DNA of 63,801 bases, filler included, from Thermodesulfobacteriota bacterium (GCA_036381125.1; 7 parts of 7 records of this genome joined end to end with filler, not necessarily neighbours in it); one strand, 5' to 3'; positions 40,209-49,897 are shown, counted from the first letter of the whole stretch. The notes: generated by a model not told the origin, from the sequence alone. Translations and numbers: made by a program.

Positions 40209-42023
40209 CTACGGCTCCGGCGTCGCCACGACGCCGGTCGGCGGCCGGATGTAGGCGAGCGAGCCCATGGCGTTCGCGGCCCGACCGGTCGTCGTCCGGT
40301 CGGTCAGCACGGCGACCGGCGTGCCGCCGTTCTTGATCGACTCGACCACGTCCAGATAACCGTATTCCGGGTTGTACGCGAAGAGCAGGGCCGCAAGGCC
40401 GGAGACGTGGGGGGCCGCCATGGAGGTCCCGTTGACGACCTCGTACCTGGCCGTGTCGAGCTGGAGGGTGTTGATGCCGAACTCGAAGATGCCGACCCCG
40501 AGGTCCTGGCCGGCCGAGTCGGTGAGGAGCTGAAAGCCGATCGTGCAGGTCGCCGTGACGCAGTCGGCGATGTCGTACTCCCGGAAGTCCGAGAAGTTGT
40601 CGGTCGACCCGTCTATGCTCTCGAGCAAGGTCCCGCCGGCGAACGGGTCGCCTCCCGCGGGGCTGTAGGCCACCCTGAAGAAATCGGCCCCCGGCTCCGT
40701 GTCCGCGAAGAAGGCGAAGCTCACGGTCGCGGCGTCCACCCCGGCGAGGTCGAACGTCTTGTAGACCCGGTCGTCCCGGTTGTTGCCGTAGACGACATCC
40801 GGCCACATCGACGGGTTGAGGAGCATCGGCATCGTGACGGAGCCGCCGCCCGGCGCGCCGAGCGGCTTCGAGGCGTAGGCCCAGCCGCCGACCGGCGCCG
40901 CCGTCCAGTCGAGCACGCCGCCCGTGTTGAAGTCGTCGACGAAGGTCTGGACGATCCCCGACCAGGTGCTGAGGATGTTCGTGCCGGGCGCGCCGACGTC
41001 GACGGTCGTGCTGCCGTAGTTGGAGAAGCTCGCGAGCCCGTAGGCCTGGTCGAGCGCGGCCACGCAGACGATGTTGTCGTGGGCGAAGTTGCAGGGATAA
41101 CGGGGGGACGTGTTGTTGTTGCTCCCCTCGTTGCCCGCCGCGGCCACGACCACGACGCCCTCGTCCCGCGCTCTCAGGATCGCGCTGCTGAGAACAGCGT
41201 CGGAGGACGGCCCGCCCAGGCTCAGGTTGATGACCTTCGCGCCCTCGGTGACGGCGAAGTCGATCCCGGCGGCGATCGACGCCGTCGTACCCGAGCCGGC
41301 GGCGTCGAGGACGCGGACGGCCATGAGCTGCACGCGCCAGCACACGCCGGTCGTCCCGATGCCGTTGTTGCCGACGGCGCCGATGGTCCCCGCCACGTGG
41401 GTCCCGTGGCCGTGCTCGTCCATCGGGTCGCCGTCGCCGTCGATGAAGTCGTCGCCGTGGTTCGGCAAGCCGTTCCACATATTGGGCGCGAGGTCCTCGT
41501 GGTCGTAGTTGACCCCCGTGTCGAGGACGGCGACGACCACCGAGCTGCAGTCGGTCTCGAGGTCCCAGGCCGCCTCGGCCCCCATGTCCCGCCCGGCCAC
41601 GCCCGGGTTGTTCGACGCGTACGACCCGCCGGCGATCGACTGGCCGGTGTTCCTGAGCCCCCAGAGCTGGCCGTACTGCGGGTCGTTCGGGACGGCGAAG
41701 GCCCTGTACCGGTAGTTCGGCTGCACGTACGCGACGTCCGGATCGCGCTGGTACGCGTCGAGCGCGGCGGCCACGGTCTGGCCCGGGGCCAGCTTCACCC
41801 GAACCACACCCGAGCGACCCACCTCCCGCAGCACCTGGTCGCCGCGGCTCCCGACGACGTGCGCCCGCATCTGCGAGTCCGTCCCCGGCCTGAACCTGAC
41901 CAGGATCTCGCCCGGGACGTACAGGCCGCGCGCGAGGTCGAGGGGGGGCGTCGAGGCCTGCGCGCCGCCGACGACGAGGAGGGCGCCCGCGAGCCCGAGC
42001 ATGCGGAATCCGAGAGTGGCCAT
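40209..42023 (-). CDS. S8 subtilisin-like serine protease with internal insertion domain
   Basis: Signal peptide, prodomain, VLDTG, HGTHVAG, AAGN and GTSMAAPHV motifs. Confidence 0.95.
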   Translation of the reverse strand: MATLGFRMLGLAGALLVVGGAQASTPPLDLARGLYVPGEILVRFRPGTDSQMRAHVVGSRGDQVLREVGRSGVVRVKLAPGQTVAAALDAYQRDPDVAYVQPNYRYRAFAVPNDPQYGQLWGLRNTGQSIAGGSYASNNPGVAGRDMGAEAAWDLETDCSSVVVAVLDTGVNYDHEDLAPNMWNGLPNHGDDFIDGDGDPMDEHGHGTHVAGTIGAVGNNGIGTTGVCWRVQLMAVRVLDAAGSGTTASIAAGIDFAVTEGAKVINLSLGGPSSDAVLSSAILRARDEGVVVVAAAGNEGSNNNTSPRYPCNFAHDNIVCVAALDQAYGLASFSNYGSTTVDVGAPGTNILSTWSGIVQTFVDDFNTGGVLDWTAAPVGGWAYASKPLGAPGGGSVTMPMLLNPSMWPDVVYGNNRDDRVYKTFDLAGVDAATVSFAFFADTEPGADFFRVAYSPAGGDPFAGGTLLESIDGSTDNFSDFREYDIADCVTATCTIGFQLLTDSAGQDLGVGIFEFGINTLQLDTARYEVVNGTSMAAPHVSGLAALLFAYNPEYGYLDVVESIKNGGTPVAVLTDRTTTGRAANAMGSLAYIRPPTGVVATPEP

Positions 42024-42039
42024 CTGCTTCCCTCCGGCG

Positions 42040-42447
42040 CTACGGGAGCATGACCTGCGCCTGCTGGGACGGCTCGCTCGCGCTGCCGCCCGACGCTCCG
42101 GGCCGGTTCAGCGCCGAGTAGGCGACGACCTTGAAGTAGATCGTCCCGGACGGCAGGTCGTCGACGATGACCGCCGTGGGAGCGGCGCCGAGCCCCGGGT
42201 CGTAGGGGACGTCCGTGAACTCGGCGGACCCGATGTCGAAGTTGGGCGTCGAACTGTAGTAGACGCGGTAGCCCCCGCCGGGGCCGTTCACCGCGGCCTC
42301 CCGGTTGGCGGTCCAGCTCACCCGGGCGCTGTTCGGGCCGGTGAGCGGCACCGGCCTCGCGGGTTCGGGGGAGTCCGCGTCGCCGGCGGCACACCCGGTC
42401 GCCAGCGCGAGCGCGAGGACGGACATGGCGAGTGGTCGTACGCGCAT
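42040..42447 (-). CDS. fibronectin type III-like lipoprotein
   Basis: ATGC lipobox; VSW...GYRVYY...L..GTIYFKVVAY FN3 pattern. Confidence 0.75.
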   Translation of the reverse strand: MRVRPLAMSVLALALATGCAAGDADSPEPARPVPLTGPNSARVSWTANREAAVNGPGGGYRVYYSSTPNFDIGSAEFTDVPYDPGLGAAPTAVIVDDLPSGTIYFKVVAYSALNRPGASGGSASEPSQQAQVMLP

Positions 42448-42546
42448 CCGGCTGCCTCCGCGTACCAGAGGATGCAGGAGCCTGCGCTCTTGGGCAATCA
42501 GAGCGATAGGCCGCTCTCGTATCGCAGAGAACGTCCGGAGATGCAA

Positions 42547-42562
42547 TGAGAAAGATTTCACA
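42547..42562. promoter_or_regulatory. CRP/FNR-family-like operator
   Basis: TGAGA-N6-TCACA (one mismatch to TGTGA-N6-TCACA) in an AT-rich patch upstream of the protease operon. Confidence 0.4.
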
Positions 42563-42616
42563 TGACCGACGCCAGGTCCTTGCCCGGGGCGCCGTTCGCC
42601 CCTTCGGAGGCCCGAC

Positions 42617-43192
42617 CTAGAGCGACCGTTCCGGCCCTGGTGCCGGGACGGCGGCGCGGGCGGCGAGGGCGATGGCGCTCATGGCGGCGAACTCGATGAA
42701 GGCCGTGGCGACGACCGGGGCGCGCGGGGCGCCTGGCGCCAGGGTCAGGAGGGTCGGCACGGAGGCGACGCCGGCCGTGACGACGACCTGCAGGCCGAGG
42801 AGCGCCCCGCCCCGGTAGGCGCCGGCCAGGGCGACGACGAGGTAGAAGAGCGCGACGACCGGGCTGTCGGCGCCTCCGGAGAGGAGCGCCCCCCACAAGA
42901 TCAGCCCATCGGCGGCCGGGCAGGCGAGGAGGAACCACCGGGGGTCGTACCGGGTCCACGGGAACGTCAGGCAGAAGGCGCCGATCATCATCGACAAGAG
43001 CGCCGGGATCAGGATCGCCTGCGGCGGGTCCTCGAGAAGCCCTCCCGTGTGCGTGGCGAGCGCGATGCAGAAGCCGCCGAGGATGAAGCAGGCACCCGAG
43101 AGCCGCCTCACCTGCTCCTGGCGGGCCTCGGCGACCGGGCCGACGTCCCTGGGCGGATGCGAATCGCAGGCGGGTCGCACGTGGTCGGGCAC
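42617..43192 (-). CDS. multi-pass membrane protein, hypothetical
   Basis: Five to six hydrophobic segments; the SGGADSP motif resembles membrane sensor modules, but no output domain follows. Confidence 0.6.
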   Translation of the reverse strand: MPDHVRPACDSHPPRDVGPVAEARQEQVRRLSGACFILGGFCIALATHTGGLLEDPPQAILIPALLSMMIGAFCLTFPWTRYDPRWFLLACPAADGLILWGALLSGGADSPVVALFYLVVALAGAYRGGALLGLQVVVTAGVASVPTLLTLAPGAPRAPVVATAFIEFAAMSAIALAARAAVPAPGPERSL

Positions 43193-43492
43193 CCCCTTCA
43201 GGTCCCCCGTAGACGGTGATCGGGCCGCCGGCCGGCGGGCGCCTCCTCCGGGGGCGAAACGGCGCTCGGATTGTACGACAGCGGCTCGGGGAATGCCCGA
43301 ACAATCTCCCCTGCCGCGGCTCGTGCGTCTTGCGGTCGCACTACCCCTGGCAATTCCGGTGGCATGGTGCTAACCTCTGCGGTCCGTTGGCGATTCGTGG
43401 CCGGAAGCCCTGGAGCGTGCCCATGCGGGGTGGGCCGAAGGCGAGGCGGGCCTGACACTCCGGGTTCTCGATTTTCCTGGACACATACGTGC

Positions 43493-43578
43493 GGAGAGGT
43501 GCCCGAGCGGCCAAAGGGAGCAGACTGTAAATCTGCCGGCGTATGCCTTCGAAGGTTCGAATCCTTCCCTCTCCACCA
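43493..43578 (+). tRNA. tRNA-Tyr(GTA)
   Basis: Long variable arm, anticodon loop CT-GTA-AA, CCA. Confidence 0.96.
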
Positions 43579-43610
43579 GTTGATGCGGCGAGGCGGCTCG
43601 ATCGTTACGG

Positions 43611-43685
43611 GCGGGCGTAATTCAGTGGCAGAATGCCAGCCTTCCAAGCTGGACGTCGCCGGTTCGATCCCGGTCGCCCGCTCCA
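43611..43685 (+). tRNA. tRNA-Gly(TCC)
   Basis: GCGGGCG/CGCCCGC acceptor, anticodon loop CT-TCC-AA, CCA. Confidence 0.96.
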
Positions 43686-43840
43686 TCATCTGAGGGCGCG
43701 CTCCCACGCCGTGCCGGCCGGCCGGCGGGGACGGCGCGCCCGCTCGCGCCCCGGCGGAGCCGGGGCGCTCGCAACCGTCGCAGACGGGCCCACGCCGCAT
43801 GGCGGGGCTCGCGGCGGGCGGGGCGGCAAAGAACGCGTAC

Positions 43841-43913
<73 letters not shown>

Positions 43914-44076
43914 TGTACCATCCGACGCGGCGCTCCGGTCCGGAAGCGGACGTGGCGGTGCCGCGGCTCGCGGTCAGGTTCCGGCCTGATCGCTCGCAAC
44001 GTCGTCAAGTAGGCCGGGCCCACAGCACGGTTGGCCGCGGAGGCGGTCGGGACAGGGCAGGAGGCAGTAAGGCGCA

Positions 44077-44217
44077 ATGGCGAAGGCCAAGTTCGAGCGG
44101 AAGAAGCCGCACGTGAACATTGGGACGATCGGGCACGTGGACCACGGCAAGACGACGTTGACGGCGGCGATCACGCGGGTGCTGGCGAAGCAGGGGATGG
44201 CGGAGTTCAAGGGGTAC
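44077..44217 (+). CDS. tuf: elongation factor Tu (3' truncated)
   Basis: [33 protein letters not shown]. Confidence 0.98.
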
Positions 44218-44317
44218 NNNNNNNNNNNNNNNNNNNNNNNNNNNNNNNNNNNNNNNNNNNNTTAATTAATTAANNNNNNNNNNNNNNNNNNNNNNNNNNN
44301 NNNNNNNNNNNNNNNNN
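44218..44317. other. artificial contig linker
   Basis: N-run with TTAATTAATTAA. Confidence 0.98.
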
Positions 44318-44497
44318 GCCGAAGTGGGCGAGGAGGGAGACGAGCGTGCCGAGGTGGAGGGCCACGTCGAACTGGAGCCCCGGGTCGGGCCAGCCGAACA
44401 GCCACGGCAGCAGGATCAGATGGCCCGAGGAGCTGATGGGGAGGAACTCGCCGAGCCCCTGCACGATGCCGTAGACGACCGCCTGTCCGATGCTCAC
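44318..44497 (-). CDS. uppP: undecaprenyl-diphosphate phosphatase (3' truncated)
   Basis: [18 protein letters not shown] motif. Confidence 0.93.
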
Positions 44498-44587
44498 GAC
44501 GCCTCTCCCCTCGAAGCCGGGTGTCCGTTCGGGGCGCGCACTCTACCGGGCGGAAGCTCGGCCCACAAGGGGAAAGTCGCCAGGTGT

Positions 44588-45400
44588 CTAGTCGAGGACG
44601 GCAGGCACCGCGTGGTTCACCGGACCCCGGCCGCTCCCGACGGGGAAGCCGTGCACGAGGCCGTCCCAGACGAAGCGCTTGGCCCTCAGCGCCGCCTCGT
44701 GGAGGGGCCAGCCGCGGGCGAGGCCGGCGGCGAGAGCCGACGAGAGGGTGCAGCCGGTCCCGTGCGTGTGCTCCGTGTCGACCCAGGGGAGCGCCAGCCG
44801 ATGCATCCGATCGCCGTCGTACAGGAGGTCGACCGACTCCCGGGGATGGTGCCGTTCGCCGTCCGCGACGGCGTGCCCCCCCTTGAGCAGCACGGCCCGC
44901 GGCCCGAGGGCCGCCAGGGCGCGGGCGGCGTCGGCCGCCTCGTCCGGCGTGCGGATGGCCCGGCCGAGGAGGGTCTCGGCCTCCGGGCGGTTCGGGGTGA
45001 TCACCGCGGCCGCCGGCAGCAGCGCGTCGCGGACGGCGTCGACGGCGTCGCGCTCGAGGAGCAGGTCGCCCGACGTGGCGACCATCACCGGATCGACGAC
45101 CAGGTTGGCGATGGGGCGGCGGGCGGCGAGGTCGGCGAGCGCGCGGACGATGCCGGCGTTCGCGAGCATCCCCGTCTTGGCGGCGGCCGGCGGGATGTCG
45201 TCGAGCACCGCCTCCACCTGGGCGATCACGAAGGCCGGCTCGAGGGCCACGAACCCCCGCACCCCGCGCGTGTTCTGCACGGTGAGCGCGGTGAGCGCCG
45301 CCATCCCGTAGACGCGAAAGGCCGCGAAGGTCTTGAGATCGGCCTGGATGCCGGCTCCCCCGCTGGGGTCCGAGCCGGCGATGGACAGGACCGGCTGCAT
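44588..45400 (-). CDS. thiD: hydroxymethylpyrimidine/phosphomethylpyrimidine kinase
   Basis: IAGSDPSGGAGIQADLK, DPVMVATSG and HGTGCT motifs. Confidence 0.96.
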   Translation of the reverse strand: MQPVLSIAGSDPSGGAGIQADLKTFAAFRVYGMAALTALTVQNTRGVRGFVALEPAFVIAQVEAVLDDIPPAAAKTGMLANAGIVRALADLAARRPIANLVVDPVMVATSGDLLLERDAVDAVRDALLPAAAVITPNRPEAETLLGRAIRTPDEAADAARALAALGPRAVLLKGGHAVADGERHHPRESVDLLYDGDRMHRLALPWVDTEHTHGTGCTLSSALAAGLARGWPLHEAALRAKRFVWDGLVHGFPVGSGRGPVNHAVPAVLD

Positions 45401-45451
45401 GGCTCCTCCCTGCTGGCCCCGGGCCTCCGCCGCGACGCGCCGTCGGCGCGG

Positions 45452-45691
45452 TCAGAAGGTGGAGAGCGTCCCGCGATCGGCGTTGATCCGCTCGGCCGTC
45501 CGGTAGGCGTCGTAGATCGCGTAGATCCAGACGACGGGAACCAGCAGGACGCCGATGACGACCCACACGAGCGCCCAGGCGACCGCATGGACGACGACGA
45601 GGGCCAGGCCCTTGGCGATCTGACCATTGTAGATCTGGCCGACGCCCGGCCAGAAGAACGACAGCACGGCCGCGAGTCCAGGGCTCTTCAT
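45452..45691 (-). CDS. small membrane protein (TM2-like)
   Basis: AAVLSFFWPGVGQIYNGQ..KG...IYDAY pattern. Confidence 0.8.
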   Translation of the reverse strand: MKSPGLAAVLSFFWPGVGQIYNGQIAKGLALVVVHAVAWALVWVVIGVLLVPVVWIYAIYDAYRTAERINADRGTLSTF

Positions 45692-45692
45692 G

Positions 45693-46064
45693 TCAGGCGT
45701 TCCGAAGCTCGCGCACGAGCTGGTTGATCTGCGCCTTGGCCTCGCTGTCGAGCTCCTCGAAGCGGATGCCCATGCCGGGGTTGATCCCCTTCGTCGTGCG
45801 CTCGTTCACCCAGACGACCTCGCCCTCCACCTGGATCGGGGTGGTCCGGTTCGGCAGGAGGAACTGTAGCGTGAGCCGCGTACCCGGCGGCAGCGGCTTC
45901 GTGGTCTTGATGTAGAGCCCCCCCTGGTTGATGTTGCTCGCAAACTCCGAGAAGAACGCGTCGACCGTCTGGTAGTCGATGCGCAAGTTGACCGGCGTGC
46001 GGGGCTCGCGCCTCCGCTCGACGGGGGGCGCCTGCTCGGTACGCTTCCCCTTCCCCCTGCTCAT
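45693..46064 (-). CDS. PilZ domain protein (TIGR02266-like)
   Basis: RREPR, NINQGGLYI, GEVVW and GMGIRF motifs. Confidence 0.88.
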   Translation of the reverse strand: MSRGKGKRTEQAPPVERRREPRTPVNLRIDYQTVDAFFSEFASNINQGGLYIKTTKPLPPGTRLTLQFLLPNRTTPIQVEGEVVWVNERTTKGINPGMGIRFEELDSEAKAQINQLVRELRNA

Positions 46065-46089
46065 CCCCTCCGCTCTCCCGGCAGGCCTG

Positions 46090-46395
46090 CTAGGCCCGTA
46101 CCAGATAGACGATGAGTCCGATCGCCACGACCGCGAGGACGCCGCCCTGCGCCCAGAGGGCGATGGCGAGGACGTCCATGCGGCGCTCCAGGGCCGCCTG
46201 CCGCGCCGCGACCTGCGCGAGGTCGGTGGAGAGCCGGTCGAGGGCCTCGGTCGTCCGCGCCAGAGCGGCCTCGACGTCGGCGCCGTCGGCCGCAGGCGGC
46301 GTGACCGGCGTGGTCTCGCGCTGCCGGCGCACCTCCCGCGCGACGTCGAGGATGACCGGCACCGCCGGCAGGAGCATCCTGAGCCAGCTCGCCAT
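46090..46395 (-). CDS. hypothetical coiled-coil protein with C-terminal TM
   Basis: Clean ORF with a heptad-like segment and a hydrophobic C-terminus. Confidence 0.65.
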   Translation of the reverse strand: MASWLRMLLPAVPVILDVAREVRRQRETTPVTPPAADGADVEAALARTTEALDRLSTDLAQVAARQAALERRMDVLAIALWAQGGVLAVVAIGLIVYLVRA

Positions 46396-46509
46396 AGCGG
46401 GGTGAGAATACCCGACCAGGCCGGCCGCTGTCCATGTAGCCGAATAACCGGCCCCGCGCCCCGTCTCCTCAGACGAGCCACGGAGTTACACGGCTTCCGG
46501 AGGTGCCCC

Positions 46510-47754
46510 GTGCGCCGAGTCCTGCCAGCCCTGCTGCCCGCGCTCCTGCTCGCCTGTGTCCCGGTGGCCCGGGCCGAGGCGTCCGGGGAGCCGGCCGCCC
46601 GCCTCGCCATCGCGGTGGGACCGGTCGAGTACCTCGGCCCGGAGACCGATGCGTACCAGGCCGCCCCGGTCAACCTCGCCCTCCAGCCGGGAGACAGGCT
46701 CCGGACCGGGGCCGAGGCTCGCGCCGAGGTGCAGTTCGAGGGGGGTGCCGTCGTCCGGCTCGGCGCCGGCAGCGAGGCGGAGATCCTGGCCGTCGGTCGC
46801 AGCCCCGTCGTCCGGCTCCTCGAGGGGCGTGCCTACGGCCGGGGCCCGCGCGTCCCCAGCGAGAGCCTCACGCTCGAGGCCGGCCTGCGGACCGTGGGGG
46901 CGGCCGACGGCAGCGCGTTCCGCGTGACCCGCCGCGCGGACGAGCCGCGGGGCGAGGTCACCGCGACGACCGGTACGGTGGCCGTCGAGACCGAGGGGGA
47001 GCGGGTCGAGCTCGGGCGCGGATCGCAGCTCGCGGCCGGCGAGCGGACACGTCCCACCGCCGCCGTTCTCGTCCGCGACGACTTCGACCGGTGGAACGCC
47101 GAGCGCGACGCCGTCCTCGCCCGCGCGGCCGTGGGGTCGTACGCGCCGTCGCACCTGCCCGGCCTCGGCGACCTCGACGCCTCGGGCTCCTGGGTGCGGA
47201 CCGAGGAGCACGGCTACGCCTGGCGGCCCCACGTGGCGGCCGGATGGCGTCCCTTCACCAGGGGCCGCTGGATCTATCGACCCTACTACGGGTGGGTCTG
47301 GCTCGCGGCGGAGCCCTGGGGCTACACCACCTATTACTACGGCCGCTGGGTGCCGAGCGGCCTCTACGGCTGGATCTGGATCCCGGGGCCCCGCTTCGTG
47401 GTCTCGATCGGCGCGCCCTACGCGCCGCCGCCGCCGCCGGTGGTGGTCAGGCCGCCCGTCGTGGTCGTCCCGCCGCCGGTCCACGTCGTCCGGCCGCCGA
47501 TCGTCGTGCACCCGCAGCCGCCGAAGGTGATCAGGCGGCAGCCGCTGCCCGTTCGGCCGCCCACGGTGATCGAGCGCCCCGCGGTCCCGCGCGCGCCGCG
47601 GGTCGTGCAACCCTTGCCGCGAGCCGTGCAGCCCGCACCGCGGGTCGTACAGCCGCGGGTCGTCAGGCCGGCGCCGCGCGTCGTCCAGCAGACGCCGGCC
47701 CGCCCCGGCCCGCAGCCGGCCGCCGCCTTCCGGCGCCAGCCGCTGCCGAGGTAG
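46510..47754 (+). CDS. FecR-domain / DUF6600-like secreted protein with Pro/Val-rich tail
   Basis: Signal peptide, GDRLRTG..ARAEVQF, DDFDRWN, W-rich GWRPF..GRW..GWVW..EPWG..YYGRW. Confidence 0.8.
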   Translation: MRRVLPALLPALLLACVPVARAEASGEPAARLAIAVGPVEYLGPETDAYQAAPVNLALQPGDRLRTGAEARAEVQFEGGAVVRLGAGSEAEILAVGRSPVVRLLEGRAYGRGPRVPSESLTLEAGLRTVGAADGSAFRVTRRADEPRGEVTATTGTVAVETEGERVELGRGSQLAAGERTRPTAAVLVRDDFDRWNAERDAVLARAAVGSYAPSHLPGLGDLDASGSWVRTEEHGYAWRPHVAAGWRPFTRGRWIYRPYYGWVWLAAEPWGYTTYYYGRWVPSGLYGWIWIPGPRFVVSIGAPYAPPPPPVVVRPPVVVVPPPVHVVRPPIVVHPQPPKVIRRQPLPVRPPTVIERPAVPRAPRVVQPLPRAVQPAPRVVQPRVVRPAPRVVQQTPARPGPQPAAAFRRQPLPR

Positions 47755-47760
47755 GAACCC

Positions 47761-48444
47761 TTATCGCCGGGGCATTCGTCGCCCCGGCGCCTCCTCCACG
47801 TCGATCAACCCGTGCCGCCGCCAGCCGGTCCGCAGGAGCCAGGTCCTGGCCGGCACGACCGGCGGCTCGCCCGCCGGAACCCCGCCGTACCGTCCCTTCC
47901 ACCCGTCGAACCACGGCGCCGACGAGCAACGATCCAGGACCAGCGCCTCCGAGCCGTGCTTCTTCCAGTTGTTGAGCACGTAGACCAGCGCGTTTCGTAC
48001 TTCCCTGGGCGTCGTCAGGACCCTGGCGTGATACCGATCACCCCAAACCCTGCCGGTCCGGCCGAGCGCGCGGTTCACCGCCCGTGCGACGCGGATCGCG
48101 AGGCCCTGCACGCCTCGAGACAGGGCCTCGCGGCTCGACGCCTCGACGAGCATGTGCAGATGATCGTGCTGCACGGAGAAGTGCACGACGCGGAATCGCT
48201 CCGTTGATGCGAGACCCAGCGCGCCACGGACGGCCGCGAAGACGCGAGCCGATCGCAGGTTCGGGAGACCGGCTCCGGCCCGGAGCGTGACGTGAACGGG
48301 GTGGTCGCGGCGGTGCGGTGGTCGCGGGACGCGTGGGACCCAGGGACGCGGCCCCGGCTTCCGGCCGGCTCCGGCGCGCTTGCCGCCCCACGTGGGTCGA
48401 GCGTGCAACGGCAGCGGGATCTGCGTCGGGTGGGTCGCGGCCAC
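47761..48444 (-). mobile_element. Y1 HUH transposase (IS200/IS605 superfamily, RAYT-like)
   Basis: HVTLR, SVQHDHLHMLVEA (HUH), RYHARVL and catalytic Tyr in ALVYVLNN; no tnpB next to it. Confidence 0.85.
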
Positions 48445-48473
48445 GTCGGTCTCCGTCGCAACTTGATTCCTGC

Positions 48474-48502
48474 ATTAAATATCGATTCGGACGGAAGCGC
48501 AA
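48474..48502 (-). promoter_or_regulatory. sigma70-like promoter of the transposase
   Basis: Minus strand reads TTGCGC-17 bp-TTTAAT in an AT-rich patch. Confidence 0.5.
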
Positions 48503-48755
48503 GGCAGTTCTCCAGGGTTCAGGTGAGATCGGTTACGGACACGTTGGACTCATGACATCCCCGACGGCTGACGGTTTCCCAGACGGGCGGGCGCCCGAGG
48601 CCGCCGGCCGAGGCCGACGGGTGGAGATCGCAACGTGACGTGATGGAGGGCTCAACGGATGGACGAGGAGTACCTCCTCGCCGTTCTCGAAGCAGCGAGG
48701 AACGCAGGCTTCGACGGATCGGACACAGGGATCGGCTTCGCGTGACGGGGAGCGA

Positions 48756-49247
48756 TCACGAGCCTCGCGTCATCTCCAGGAGATTGAGGACGGTGTTCCA
48801 GTTGCGGCCGGTGCCGCGAGTGCCGAGCCTGTCCTCGATCAGCGCCGTCGTCAGCTTCGAGCGGCCGATGCCGTCCGGGTAGACGACGTAGGCGTGCCTG
48901 CCCGCGACGCGAACGGTCTCCCGCCCCTTGATGGCGGCCTCGAGCGCCTTCACGTCCTCCGCCTCGCGGGGGAATGGATTGCGGGCGACGATCTCCTTCC
49001 ATTCCCTGGCGGTCCGGATCAGGTAGTCGGCGCGGACCTTCAGGCGCCGTTCCGTCTCCGCCTCCAGGAGGCCTTCGAGTTCGGCGCCCGTCCGTCCGTC
49101 GCTCTCGAAGACGAGGTTTCCGCTCTGGAGCAACGACCTTGCGCCGGGAAAGCCCAGGTCGGCGAGAATCGCCTTCAGGTCGGACATCGCGATCTGGTTT
49201 CGGCCGCCGACGTTGACGCCGCGCAGGAGCGCGATGTGGACGCGCAT
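48756..49247 (-). CDS. DUF1697 family protein (possibly with short internal deletion)
   Basis: ALLRGVNVGG, QSGNLVF, NPF, GRSKL and TGRNWNT motifs. Confidence 0.88.
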   Translation of the reverse strand: MRVHIALLRGVNVGGRNQIAMSDLKAILADLGFPGARSLLQSGNLVFESDGRTGAELEGLLEAETERRLKVRADYLIRTAREWKEIVARNPFPREAEDVKALEAAIKGRETVRVAGRHAYVVYPDGIGRSKLTTALIEDRLGTRGTGRNWNTVLNLLEMTRGS

Positions 49248-49337
49248 GGCGGCGATTCTAGCTCCCGCGGCCGCCCGCGGCGGGCCGCCGCTACAGGAGC
49301 GAGTGCCTGAGCGCGCTGTCCCACGGGGTCATCCCAC

Positions 49338-49361
49338 GGGGTCAGGTCTTTCCATTTTCCA
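49338..49361 (-). repeat. REP-like unit
   Basis: GGGGTCAGGTCTTTCCATTTTCCA is the reverse complement of the consensus. Confidence 0.85.
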
Positions 49362-49494
49362 CGCCGCTCCGCCCGGCCCGCCGCGTCCCGGTGTCCGCCG
49401 GCCGGCGTGTCTCGGCCGGTCTCGTCGACCGGCCCCTGCCGCCAGCCACTGGCGCCCGTGACGAACCGACGGCGCCGGGCGTCACGTGGCGCCG

Positions 49495-49518
49495 CCAACT
49501 CGGTTCGAACCGAGTTGG
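49495..49518. repeat. 24-bp perfect palindrome
   Basis: CCAACTCGGTTCGAACCGAGTTGG. Confidence 0.9.
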
Positions 49519-49732
49519 GCGCGCGCCGCGGCGGCCGCGTCGTTGAAGAACTCGAAGAATTCTCTTGACAGCCCGCGACGACGAGGCGGCGGCGTGGCGC
49601 GGAGGCCGCGTGGACAGGCTCCGTACGGCCGGCCATCGCCCGCCGGGCGCGACTTCGAGGCTCGAGGGCCGCGTCGAGGTGGTCGGAGACTCGCGCGTCG
49701 CACGGGGGCGCACCGGGAGCCTGCCGAAACCC

Positions 49733-49832
49733 NNNNNNNNNNNNNNNNNNNNNNNNNNNNNNNNNNNNNNNNNNNNTTAATTAATTAANNNNNNNNNNNN
49801 NNNNNNNNNNNNNNNNNNNNNNNNNNNNNNNN
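49733..49832. other. artificial contig linker
   Basis: N-run with TTAATTAATTAA. Confidence 0.98.
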
Positions 49833-49856
49833 TGGAAAATGGAAAGACCTGACCCC
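49833..49856 (+). repeat. REP-like unit at contig start
   Basis: TGGAAAATGGAAAGACCTGACCCC. Confidence 0.85.
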
Positions 49857-49897
49857 GGGATGCCGGCGACGCCGGTCTCCGTGCTACAGTCCGGGGG

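Noticed and set aside
49338-49856. Apparent inverted pair of REP units forming one element
   Set aside because: The two copies are on different contigs separated by a linker.
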